DNA from: Candidatus Binatia bacterium
GTDB lineage: Bacteria > Desulfobacterota > Binatia > HRBIN30
Length of the DNA: 64,000 bases
Assembly: GCA_038245295.1 (NCBI GenBank)
Contig: JBBRSP010000011.1
Span: forward strand, 138,658-202,657
Direction: 5' to 3'
Of the stretch, positions 40,692 to 49,163 are shown piece after piece (position 1 is the stretch's first letter; every line of letters starts with the position of its first letter). Made by a program: the position numbers and the translations under genes. The notes below the pieces were generated by a model. The model was not told the DNA's origin. It was given only the letters and a program-made list of their open reading frames with translations, and searched no databases.

Positions 40692-41115
40692 CGTCATGCC
40701 CGCGATCGAGACTGTCGATAAACTCGGATGCCACCCCGTCATACCGGCGAACGAGACTGTCGTAAAACCAAAGTGGAGCAACGTCATCCCGGTGAAAACC
40801 GGGATCCTTCAGTGCTGGAAGCCTCGAAAGCTGGGGAGATACCGGCTTTCGCCGGTATGGCGGGATAGACCTGCTCGGTTTCAAGTGCGGTTTCCGAGTA
40901 AAGCGACACACTCGAAAGCCAGGATCTCCTCGAGTGGAAGGCCGAAAATGCTGGGGAGATTCCGGCTTTCGCCGGAATGACGGAGGTGTTTGCGCTGTTT
41001 CAAACGATGAATCAGGGAAAGTCGACAGACTCTTTCGCCGGAATGACGGAGGTGTTTGCATCCTTTCAAACGTGCGATCAGAGAAAATCGACAGTCTCTA
41101 TGGCGGGGAGCCGGT
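40692..41115. mobile_element. Nested cluster of CGTCAT.CCGGCGAAAGCCGG.ATC REP palindromes and GAGACTGTCG/CGACAGTCTC-bounded MITE-like units
   Basis: REPs or half-REPs at 40692, 40737, 40782, 40837, 40914, 40957, 41033; IR ends at 40708, 40753, 40904-40913, 41021-41032, 41088-41098. Confidence 0.75.
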
Positions 41116-41201
41116 CATGGAGCGGGGGCCAGAGGCGCACCTTCGAATCCAACGCTGGGTCCCGGGTTTGGCCCGCGGGACGCGCCGGCTCGTTTCAAAT
41201 G

Positions 41202-41236
41202 AGAAACGGCGCTTCCTTTCGGGAAGCGCCGTTTCT
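41202..41236. terminator. Rho-independent terminator-like hairpin downstream of rne
   Basis: agaaacggcgcttcc-tttcg-ggaagcgccgtttct. Confidence 0.75.
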
Positions 41237-41279
41237 GTTCGTTCGATCCACTCCTGGGAAAGCTGAGGAGAGATTGGAG

Positions 41280-43616
41280 TTATTCGCCGCGCGTCGGTGC
41301 CGCGGCCTTCGGTTTACGCGACCGTGGCCGTGCGGGGCGGGGCTTGGTGGTGGCAGCCGCTTTGGCGGCCTTTGGAGCCGCCACCTTGCGCGGCGCCTTT
41401 TCCTTGGTCACGGGCGGGCTTGCCTTGCTCGGCTCGGCCTTGGCGGCGGGTGGAGCAGCTGCCGCGGCGCTGTTTTCGGCGTCGGCCTTGGCCTTCTTGG
41501 CACTCTGCGCGCGTCGCTGCTTCGCCTGCCGAGCTCGGCTGGAGCGTGATCTGCTGCGTTTGGCAGCGGGTTCCGCCGCCGTCGCCTCTTCGCCGCGAGC
41601 CTCGGCTTGCGGTTCGAGCTCCGCCGTAGGAGCGGCTTCGGGCATCGCTTCTTCGTCTACGAGCTCATCGTGGTGGCTCGGCTGTTCGGCTTCGATGCCG
41701 CGCACTTCTTCGGTTGGGGTGGCTTCGTCTTCGTACGTGTCGCCGAAGCTGTCGCTGTCGTCGCCACCGTCGTCTGACGTTTCCTGGTCGGCGACGGCCG
41801 CTTCGACGGCTGCCGCGGCTGCCGCCGCGGCGGCAGCGTCGTACAGCCCGACGTGTTGACCGAGAATCGCCAGCATCTCGCCGATGCTAGCGGCGGCTGA
41901 CTTGCCGCGACCGCGTTTGCCACGTCGTCGCCGTCGTCGCTTACCATTGCCCTTGGCGGCTTCGGCGCTCGGCGCCGCTTTGTCAGGTTGCTGGGCGGCC
42001 GGCTCGCTGGCCGCAGCGATTTCGCTGGCTGGCTTCTCGAGCTCCTCGGCACTGGGCTCGGATGCTGTCAGGCCACCCAGGCGCAGCTGCGGTTGCTCGT
42101 TCGACGCGCCGTCGACACGCGGCTTGGTTTCCATCTCAAGCTGATGCGGCATCAACTCGGGCTTGGTGGTCACCTGGATGCGAGTTGCATAACGGCGCTC
42201 GAGCTGCGCCAGATCTTCGCGCTTCTGGTTCAACAGATACATCGCCACGTCGGTGGGCAAGGCGAGATGTGCGCTGGCGACGTCACCCTGGGCGATGCGA
42301 TTGTGAACCTTACGGAGGGCGACGAGTGCCGCCGATTCGGTGGTGCGCACCAGGCCGTGGCCGTCACACATCGGACACGCACTGTAAGAAGTGGCTGCGG
42401 CGGCGGGGCGCAACCGTTGGCGTGAGACTTCGAGCAGGCCAAAGTGCGAGATGCGCCCCACTTCATGGCGCGCCTTGTCTTCGTACATGGCCATACGCAG
42501 CGCTTTTTCGACTTCGCCGATGTGTTGCGGATTGCGCATGTCGATGAAGTCGATGACGATCAATCCGCCCTGGTCGCGCAGCCGCAATTGCCGCCCGATT
42601 TCGACGGCCGCCTCGACGTTCGTCTTGAACGCGGTTTCTTCCTGGCTACCACCGCGCACGGAGCGTCCTGAGTTGACGTCAATCGCCGTCAGGGCCTCGG
42701 TGCCGTCGATGACAATCGAGCCGCCGGACTTGAGAGGAACACGGCGCTTGTAGATCGATTCGATCTGCGCCTCGACGTTGAAGTGCGAGAAGATCGGTTT
42801 GTCGCCCTGATACAGGCGCAACGACGATTCCTTCTCGGGCATCACGTCGCGCAGGAACTCGCCGGCGCGCTGAAAGACCTCTTCGTTGTCGACGTAGATT
42901 TCGTCGATGTCGGGTGTGAAGTAGTCACGAATGTTGCGCAACACGAGGTCGTGCTCGCGATACACCGCGGTGGGTCCACGTTTACCGGCGGCGGATTGCT
43001 TGATGCTCTCCCACAACCGCAGCAGGTAGGTCATATCGCGTTCGAGCTCGGCGATTCCCGGCTCGAAGCCGGCCACCGTCCGGACGATGATGCCGAAGCC
43101 TTCTGGGGGTTTGAGCTGCTCGATCAACTCGCGCACGCGGACGCGATCCGCGCCTTCGATACGTCGCGAGATGCCGGCGTCGTCCGAGCCCGGCAGGAGA
43201 ACGAGGTAGCGGCCGGCCAACGAGTAGAAGGTGCTGAGCGTCGGCGGCTTGCTGCCGAACTGCTCCTTGACGATCTGAACCAGGATTTCCTCACCGGGTT
43301 TGATCATGTCCTGGATGCGTGGGCGGCGCCGGTCGCCGTCACGGTCCCGGCTGCTGCTGTTGCGCGGTGGCGGATTGTTCAGGTGGCGGAAACAGATTTC
43401 GTCGAGCGGCAGAAACGCATCACGATCAGCGCCAATGTCGACGAAGGCGGCCTCGAGCGCCGGTTGAACACGGTGGATGACCGCCTTGTAGATGTTGCCC
43501 TTGAGGTGTTCGCGGTTGAAAGACTCGATCTCGAACGAAACCAGTTTACCATCAGCAACGATGCCGACGCGGCTTTCCTCCGCGTGCGTCACGTTGATCA
43601 ACATCGTTTTTGCCAT
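41280..43616 (-). CDS. rne: Ribonuclease E/G family endoribonuclease with disordered C-terminus
   Basis: MLINV..EESRV, KGNIYK, LEAAFVD, TAIDVNSG, GGLIVIDFIDM, C..C.G.G zinc link; Arg-rich and acidic tail. Confidence 0.93.
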   Translation of the reverse strand: MAKTMLINVTHAEESRVGIVADGKLVSFEIESFNREHLKGNIYKAVIHRVQPALEAAFVDIGADRDAFLPLDEICFRHLNNPPPRNSSSRDRDGDRRRPRIQDMIKPGEEILVQIVKEQFGSKPPTLSTFYSLAGRYLVLLPGSDDAGISRRIEGADRVRVRELIEQLKPPEGFGIIVRTVAGFEPGIAELERDMTYLLRLWESIKQSAAGKRGPTAVYREHDLVLRNIRDYFTPDIDEIYVDNEEVFQRAGEFLRDVMPEKESSLRLYQGDKPIFSHFNVEAQIESIYKRRVPLKSGGSIVIDGTEALTAIDVNSGRSVRGGSQEETAFKTNVEAAVEIGRQLRLRDQGGLIVIDFIDMRNPQHIGEVEKALRMAMYEDKARHEVGRISHFGLLEVSRQRLRPAAAATSYSACPMCDGHGLVRTTESAALVALRKVHNRIAQGDVASAHLALPTDVAMYLLNQKREDLAQLERRYATRIQVTTKPELMPHQLEMETKPRVDGASNEQPQLRLGGLTASEPSAEELEKPASEIAAASEPAAQQPDKAAPSAEAAKGNGKRRRRRRGKRGRGKSAAASIGEMLAILGQHVGLYDAAAAAAAAAAVEAAVADQETSDDGGDDSDSFGDTYEDEATPTEEVRGIEAEQPSHHDELVDEEAMPEAAPTAELEPQAEARGEEATAAEPAAKRSRSRSSRARQAKQRRAQSAKKAKADAENSAAAAAPPAAKAEPSKASPPVTKEKAPRKVAAPKAAKAAATTKPRPARPRSRKPKAAAPTRGE

Positions 43617-43619
43617 GCA

Positions 43620-43750
43620 GTACTTTCTGCCTCGTGCCGCTCCGTGGGGCCGCCAGCGTCAACCTTGATAGGGGTTAGACGGTACCGGCGCAACGGCAAG
43701 CTGCCATTGCGCCGGCGACCCGCACGAGCGGGCGGAAGAGGCTGTTCTGG
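43620..43750 (-). promoter_or_regulatory. Structured 5' leader of rne (candidate)
   Basis: Hairpin ccggcgcaacggca-agc-tgccattgcgccgg; long-range ctcgtgc/gcacgag pairing. Confidence 0.45.
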
Positions 43751-43755
43751 AATAC

Positions 43756-45438
43756 CTACTCGGGACGGGCGCGTGCCAACTGCACCAGGACTCGGCTACT
43801 CTCCATAATGAGGAAGCCCGCGAGTCCGAAGAGCAGCAGCGCCACGACGCCATTGAAGGTATTCGTGTTGAGGCTTGCGCCGGATTCAAGAATCGATGCG
43901 AAGGCCGCGCGTGCCTGGATGGCCAGCGACCACAGGGTGATGATCATGACGAAACACATCGGGGCCAAGGTGAACCAGTTGCGACGTCCGTTGCGGCGCA
44001 GCCAGACGCTGATGGCAAGCAACGTCAGGGCGGCCAGCAGCTGGTTGCTGGTGCCGAACAACGTCCAGAAGACCCGATAGGATCCTTCTCCGGCCGTGGC
44101 GACGAAGAAAGCGGGCAAGGCGACGGTTGCGGCCGTCGCCAACAATGCCCCCGCGGGGCTCGTCCAGCCGAACAGCTCCTGCAGGATATAGCGCCCTAGA
44201 CGTGTGCTTACGTCCAGGGTGTCGAACACGAAGGTCGAGAACGCCATGGCGCCGAAGGTCGTTGCGAACGCCAAATGCTGCTCGCCGATCATCAACGTGA
44301 GGAAGCGCCCCAGACCTTCTCCATAGATGGCGCCCGGTGCTTTTCCGGCGAGGCTGGACGTGTCGACGATCATCACGGTCGCGAGGGCAATGAGCGCCAC
44401 AAATGCCTCCAGGAGCATGGCGCCGTAACCGATGGGCTGGCAGTCCGACTCGCGGCGGATCTGCTTCGACGTCGTGCCCGAGCACACCAACCCGTGGAAG
44501 CCGGAGCAGGCGCCACAGGCAATGGTGACGAACAGGAAAGGGAACAACGCGCCGTTCATCCCCGGTGCGTGCCAGGTCTTGAATGCCTCCTGTTTGATTT
44601 CGTAGTGCCCGAAGAAAATGCCGACGACGCCGACGAAGAGAGCCAGGTACAGCACGAAACCGCCAAGGTAGCCGCGCGGCTGCAGCAGCGCCCATACCGG
44701 AGTGAGCGACCCAACCAAGCAGTACGCCAGGATAACCAAGCCCCACGTCTTGGCGCTGTAGACGAGCATCGTCGAGCACTGCGTGCCGAGCCAGACGACG
44801 CCCAGTGTGGCCGGTACAAAGATGAGGGTGAGCAACCAGAGCGGCGGATTCAACCAGCGCTCGACGACACCCATCAGCATCGCCAGGGCGAGGTACATGA
44901 CACTCGCCGCGGCCACGGCGCCGCCGGCATTGAAGTGAAAGGTGACGCCCTCGAGGTCCTCGCCGCCGCTGACAAAGGTGCTGGCAGTGATGTCGGTGAA
45001 CGCGACGATGACGTAGATCAAGGCCAGCCAGATGAACGTCATGATCGCCAACCAGGCCCGACGTCCGAGGTTCTCGCGGACGATCTCGGCGATCGAATTG
45101 CCTTCATGGCGCACCGACGCGATCAGGCTGGAGAAGTCGTGCACCGCGCCGATGAAGACGACTCCGAAGCCTATCCAAAGCAGGCACGGTAGCCAGCCGA
45201 ACTGCGTGCAGGCGAGGATCGGGCCAGCGATTGGTCCCGCCGCGGCGATCGCGCTGAAGTGCTGACCGAGGAGGTAGAATGGTTCGGTGGGGACGAAGTC
45301 GACGCCATCGTTGACCGTAACCGCAGGGGTCTGCCGCTCGTCGTCGAGCCGATACTGGGCGGCCAGGAAGCGCCCATAGATCCGATATCCGAGTCCGAGG
45401 ACAAGCAGGGTGACCGATGCGATTAGGGGCAGGCTCAT
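43756..45438 (-). CDS. cstA: Carbon starvation protein A family transporter
   Basis: TPA..NDGVDFVPT, GQHFSAIAAAGPIAGP, GAVHD, IACGACSGFHGL, W.LFGTSNQLLA. Confidence 0.93.
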   Translation of the reverse strand: MSLPLIASVTLLVLGLGYRIYGRFLAAQYRLDDERQTPAVTVNDGVDFVPTEPFYLLGQHFSAIAAAGPIAGPILACTQFGWLPCLLWIGFGVVFIGAVHDFSSLIASVRHEGNSIAEIVRENLGRRAWLAIMTFIWLALIYVIVAFTDITASTFVSGGEDLEGVTFHFNAGGAVAAASVMYLALAMLMGVVERWLNPPLWLLTLIFVPATLGVVWLGTQCSTMLVYSAKTWGLVILAYCLVGSLTPVWALLQPRGYLGGFVLYLALFVGVVGIFFGHYEIKQEAFKTWHAPGMNGALFPFLFVTIACGACSGFHGLVCSGTTSKQIRRESDCQPIGYGAMLLEAFVALIALATVMIVDTSSLAGKAPGAIYGEGLGRFLTLMIGEQHLAFATTFGAMAFSTFVFDTLDVSTRLGRYILQELFGWTSPAGALLATAATVALPAFFVATAGEGSYRVFWTLFGTSNQLLAALTLLAISVWLRRNGRRNWFTLAPMCFVMIITLWSLAIQARAAFASILESGASLNTNTFNGVVALLLFGLAGFLIMESSRVLVQLARARPE

Positions 45439-45493
45439 CGGCGACACTCCATGACGGAGTGTCCCATATCGAGTCAAGGCGCAGGCTAAAGAA

Positions 45494-45678
45494 GTAGTGT
45501 CTCAGTTTGACCTGTTGGCGGCTGCGGATGGTGGATCCCATCGCGGAGCGCGCCACTCCGTGGCGCCCATTGCTGGAATCCAAACCCGCAGCGGGTAAGG
45601 TTCCGTCTCCGGGCGCCACGCAGTGGCGACTCCGACTAGAGGCCATCGGCGGGCGTGGAACCAAAATTGAGACACTAC
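45494..45678. mobile_element. 185-bp MITE-like element with 15-bp terminal inverted repeats
   Basis: gtagtgtctcagttt ... aaattgagacactac (14/15); internal gcgccac/gtggcgc palindromes; no credible coding capacity. Confidence 0.75.
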
Positions 45679-45726
45679 CGCTAAACATTGCTCCGAGGGC
45701 AGGCTTTTCGATAGCTTGGAGAAACC

Positions 45727-46596
45727 ATGCGTATCGCCGACCTGCTCGTGACCGGCCGTCCGGTCTTCTCGTTCGAGTTCTTTCCGCCGAAGACACCGGC
45801 TGGCGAAGCAGGTTTGTTTCGCACCATCGACCATCTACGCGAGCTCGAGCCTGCCTTTGTGTCGGTTACCTACGGCGCCGGTGGCAGCACGCGGGACAAG
45901 ACGGTGGACTTGGTGCGGCGGATCAAACACGACATCGGTATCGAGACCATGGCGCACCTGACCTGCGTCGGTGCCGTCGCCGACGAGATTGATTCTGTGT
46001 TGCGTCAGTTGCGCGCCGCCGGCATCGAGAACGTGCTAGCGCTGCGTGGGGATGCGCCGAACAACGACGTGCAGTTCACCGCGGTGCCGGGCGGTTTTCA
46101 ATACGCCTCGCAGCTCGTCACGTTCATTCGCCAGCGCGGGTACGAGTTCTGCGTGGCGGCGGCGGCATACCCGGAAGGACATGTCGAGTGCCGCGATCGC
46201 GACCTCGATCTGCAACACCTGAAGGCCAAGGTCGACGCGGGCGCCGATCTGCTCATCACCCAACTTTTCTTTGACAACCGCGACTTCGATGTGTTTGTCG
46301 AGCGAGCCCGTCTGCTCGGGATCCGTAGCCCGATCATCCCGGGAATCATGCCGATCACCAATCTAGCTCAGATCGAACGCTTCACCTCGATGTGCGGGGC
46401 GCGTATTCCCGATGAGTTGAGGCAACGCCTGCTGGCATGTGGGGACGATGAGCAGGCGGTGCGGGCGGTTGGGGTCGAACACGCGTTCGAGCAGTGCCGC
46501 GACCTGCTGGCCCGGGGCGCCGCCGGAATTCACTTCTATACATTGAATCAATCGCTGGCGACGCGTGCTATTTGCGAACGGCTGCAGCGCAACTAA
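45727..46596 (+). CDS. metF: 5,10-methylenetetrahydrofolate reductase
   Basis: SFEFFPPKT, VSVTYGAGGS, AHLTC, LALRGD, YPEGH, ITQLFF, HFYTLN. Confidence 0.95.
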   Translation: MRIADLLVTGRPVFSFEFFPPKTPAGEAGLFRTIDHLRELEPAFVSVTYGAGGSTRDKTVDLVRRIKHDIGIETMAHLTCVGAVADEIDSVLRQLRAAGIENVLALRGDAPNNDVQFTAVPGGFQYASQLVTFIRQRGYEFCVAAAAYPEGHVECRDRDLDLQHLKAKVDAGADLLITQLFFDNRDFDVFVERARLLGIRSPIIPGIMPITNLAQIERFTSMCGARIPDELRQRLLACGDDEQAVRAVGVEHAFEQCRDLLARGAAGIHFYTLNQSLATRAICERLQRN

Positions 46597-46605
46597 GAGA
46601 GACGT

Positions 46606-46842
46606 ATGGCCACCATCATGACTTTCACGCCGTTGCGCCCGCCCGTGCGGACGCGGGTCAACGGCGCTGGCCGTCTCCTGTCACACGCATGCGAAGACGG
46701 CTCCGGTGGACGCCACCGTCAACGCTTGCCGCTTGGCAGTGTGCGCGGTGCGGTCTATCTCGACGCGCTGTGCCTGCACTGCGGCGCACACTTTGTATGG
46801 GTAGATGATCCGATTGAGCAGCGGCCTGCACCTACCGCGTGA
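46606..46842 (+). CDS. Small hypothetical protein, possible metal-binding (HxC...CxxC)
   Basis: ATG 9 nt after the metF stop with AGAGAG upstream; HAC...CLHC. Confidence 0.45.
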   Translation: MATIMTFTPLRPPVRTRVNGAGRLLSHACEDGSGGRHRQRLPLGSVRGAVYLDALCLHCGAHFVWVDDPIEQRPAPTA

Positions 46843-47063
46843 GTCGTCGTCCGGCGTCGAATCAAAACTTCACCGAAAAAGTGGACCTGACGTCTTGCGC
46901 ATCGCCCGGGTTTCGACATAAAACGCCACCCAATCAAAAAACCGGGAAGAAATTTCGGACGTCCGTGCAGAATTCAGTTGACACAAATGACGCGTTTGAG
47001 GTAACGAGGCGGCACCAAGATTTTCGAGAGTGTACAGAATTGGGAATCCGAGAGGAGGCGAGC

Positions 47064-47630
47064 ATGTTCAGGGGTAAACATTCGATCATGAGAGCTTTGG
47101 GCTGGTTGGTGACGGCTGTTGCGTTGGTAGGCTTTCTGAGTCTGCCGGCTGTGACAATGGCTGCAGCCCACAAGCCGCATAAGCCGAGTGCTGGCCACAA
47201 GCCGCACAAGCCTTCTGCCGGCCACAAGCCGCACAAGCCACCAGTGGGCCACAAGCCGCACAAGCCGCCAGTGAGCCACAAGCCGCACAAGCCACCGGTG
47301 GGCCACAAGCCGCACAAGCCTTCTGCCGGTCACAAGCCGCACAAGCCACCAGTGAGCCACAAGCCGCACAAGCCGCCAGTGAGCCACAAGCCGCATGCTG
47401 GTCACAAGCCACACAAGCCGCATGCCGACCACAAACCACACAAGCCGCATGGCGATCACAAGCCGCACAAGCCCGGCAAGCCGCATGGCGACCACAAGCC
47501 GCACAAGCCCGGCAAGCCGCATGCGGATCACAAGCCGCACAAGCCGAAGTCGGACCACAAGCCGCACAAGCCGCACTCCGACAAGAAGCCGCACAAGCCG
47601 AGCGCTGGCCACAAGCCGCGCAAGCCATAA
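47064..47630 (+). CDS. Secreted His-Lys-Pro repeat protein
   Basis: GAGGAGG RBS; signal peptide; 31 HKP triplets; own terminator. Confidence 0.85.
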   Translation: MFRGKHSIMRALGWLVTAVALVGFLSLPAVTMAAAHKPHKPSAGHKPHKPSAGHKPHKPPVGHKPHKPPVSHKPHKPPVGHKPHKPSAGHKPHKPPVSHKPHKPPVSHKPHAGHKPHKPHADHKPHKPHGDHKPHKPGKPHGDHKPHKPGKPHADHKPHKPKSDHKPHKPHSDKKPHKPSAGHKPRKP

Positions 47631-47665
47631 GCGGGCGGTTTCAGTACAAGCCTCGCTCTCGATTC

Positions 47666-47699
47666 AGGGGCGCATTCCGAAAGGAATGCGCCCCTTTTT
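47666..47699 (+). terminator. Rho-independent terminator
   Basis: aggggcgcattcc-gaaa-ggaatgcgcccct-tttt. Confidence 0.88.
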
Positions 47700-47748
47700 C
47701 ATGCGCCACTCTTGCGCCCTTGCGCCCAATCTGGATTGTTTTACACCT

Positions 47749-49026
47749 ATGCGACGCCACCTCCCTCTTTATGCTCTGGCATTGTTGATCGTGCTCGTCG
47801 GGCTGGCGCCGATCGAGTTACGTGCGGATCCGTTGAGGATCACCATCGATGAGGCTGCCGCCCGGGCGGCGGCGGAGAATCTCGACTTGCGCGCCGCCGG
47901 TAAGGACGTTGATGTGGCGCGCGGCGAATTGACGCGCAACAGCGCTGTGCTGCCCTTTAACCCGTTTCTCAGCGGCGGCACGCAAACCCGACCACAAGGA
48001 GCAGGCGTAGCCGGGGGGGTGGGCTACTACTTCGGCTACCTTTCCCAGGAGTTTGAGATCGCCGGCCAGTACTGGGCCCGTGCCGAGGCGGCGCGTAAGG
48101 CGGTGGATAAAGAACAATCGACCTTCCAGGATGCCAAGCGCAGCCTCGTTGCGTCCGTAAAGACGAACTTCATCAAAGCGCTGGCGGCCGACCAGCGCCT
48201 CGAACTGGCGCGTCAGGCCGCCGCCGATAGCGAACGTTTGCGCAACAGCGGCAACTTCAAGAAGAAGACCGACAGTGAGTTGATCGAGTCCAATAGTGCT
48301 CGGATCGACAGCGCCCGGTTCGAGGGCGCGCTGACGGAAGCGGAAGAGGACCGTGATACAGCCTACGAAGCGCTCCGGCACCAGTTGGCTCTAGCGGCGG
48401 ATAGCGAGATCGAGCTCGTCGGCCGGATTCCCGACACGGTCGAACCACAACCGGCCCTCGCCGATTTGATTGATCAAGCGACCTTGAACCGCGCTGACTT
48501 GCAGGCCCTGCGTGCCGCCGAAGAGAGCACGGCGGCCCAGGTCAAGCTCGAGAATCGCCGGCGATTTCCCAATGTAACCCTCTCGGGCACCGTGGCGCGC
48601 TTTGAAGGTGATACGTTGTTCGGTGGCGAAATCGGTTTTCCGCTGCCCGTGTTCCACACCAACTCGGGTGAAGTGCAACTGGCGGTTGCCGAGCACGAAC
48701 GCACCGAGATTCAAATCCGCGATCTGCAGCGCCAGATCGAACAGGAAGTGCGTGCCGCGTATCGCACCTGCGCGACCAAGGGCGCCGCCGTGAATCGCTA
48801 CCGCGACACGGTGATCCCGCTCAGCGAGGAGAATGTGCGACTGCAGCAACGACTGTGGGACCGGGACGAGTCGAATGAAGTCGATTATCTCGGGGCGAAA
48901 CTCGAAATGCTCAGCGCTCGTGGCGAGTATGTCGACGCCCTTGAGGACTACGAGACAGCCCGCATTGAACTGGATCGCCTGCTGGGTCGAGGACTCGTCG
49001 AACCCGCAACCCCGCTGCAACCGTAG
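47749..49026 (+). CDS. TolC/CzcC-family outer membrane efflux protein
   Basis: Signal peptide; ENLDLRAA, LPFNP, SQEFEIAG, NRADL, FPNVTL, FPLPVF..N.G. Confidence 0.85.
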   Translation: MRRHLPLYALALLIVLVGLAPIELRADPLRITIDEAAARAAAENLDLRAAGKDVDVARGELTRNSAVLPFNPFLSGGTQTRPQGAGVAGGVGYYFGYLSQEFEIAGQYWARAEAARKAVDKEQSTFQDAKRSLVASVKTNFIKALAADQRLELARQAAADSERLRNSGNFKKKTDSELIESNSARIDSARFEGALTEAEEDRDTAYEALRHQLALAADSEIELVGRIPDTVEPQPALADLIDQATLNRADLQALRAAEESTAAQVKLENRRRFPNVTLSGTVARFEGDTLFGGEIGFPLPVFHTNSGEVQLAVAEHERTEIQIRDLQRQIEQEVRAAYRTCATKGAAVNRYRDTVIPLSEENVRLQQRLWDRDESNEVDYLGAKLEMLSARGEYVDALEDYETARIELDRLLGRGLVEPATPLQP

Positions 49027-49103
49027 GCCCCTGGTTCGTTCACCTCGCCCGAAATCAACCAAGCGCCGCACCCGCTCAGGCTGGGCCGGCAAATCCAAAA
49101 TGG

Positions 49104-49138
49104 CAAAGGGGCTGCCGGCAATGCCGGCAGCCCCTTTG
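49104..49138. terminator. Bidirectional terminator hairpin between convergent genes
   Basis: caaaggggctgccggca-a-tgccggcagcccctttg. Confidence 0.8.
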
Positions 49139-49163
49139 GGTTCGTTCGCTGGGGAATCTCGCC

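Noticed and set aside
40531..41061. 176-aa ORF with repeated PSFRRKPES motifs
   Set aside because: It is the translation of the REP/MITE cluster, not a credible protein
40692..41115. CRISPR array
   Set aside because: Repeats alternate in orientation, spacers are similar to one another and irregular, and there are no cas genes
41143..41160. tRNA T-loop-like ttcgaatcc
   Set aside because: No cloverleaf or acceptor stem around it
45480..45726. SAM riboswitch upstream of metF
   Set aside because: No recognisable SAM-I/II core; the structure is explained by a TIR-bounded MITE
46934..47628. Cys-rich (ACAACG), RLV-rich and GLCGLW antisense ORFs resembling metallothioneins or RiPPs
   Set aside because: Shadow frames of the HKP repeat; RBS, signal peptide, terminator and wobble pattern support the plus-strand HKP frame
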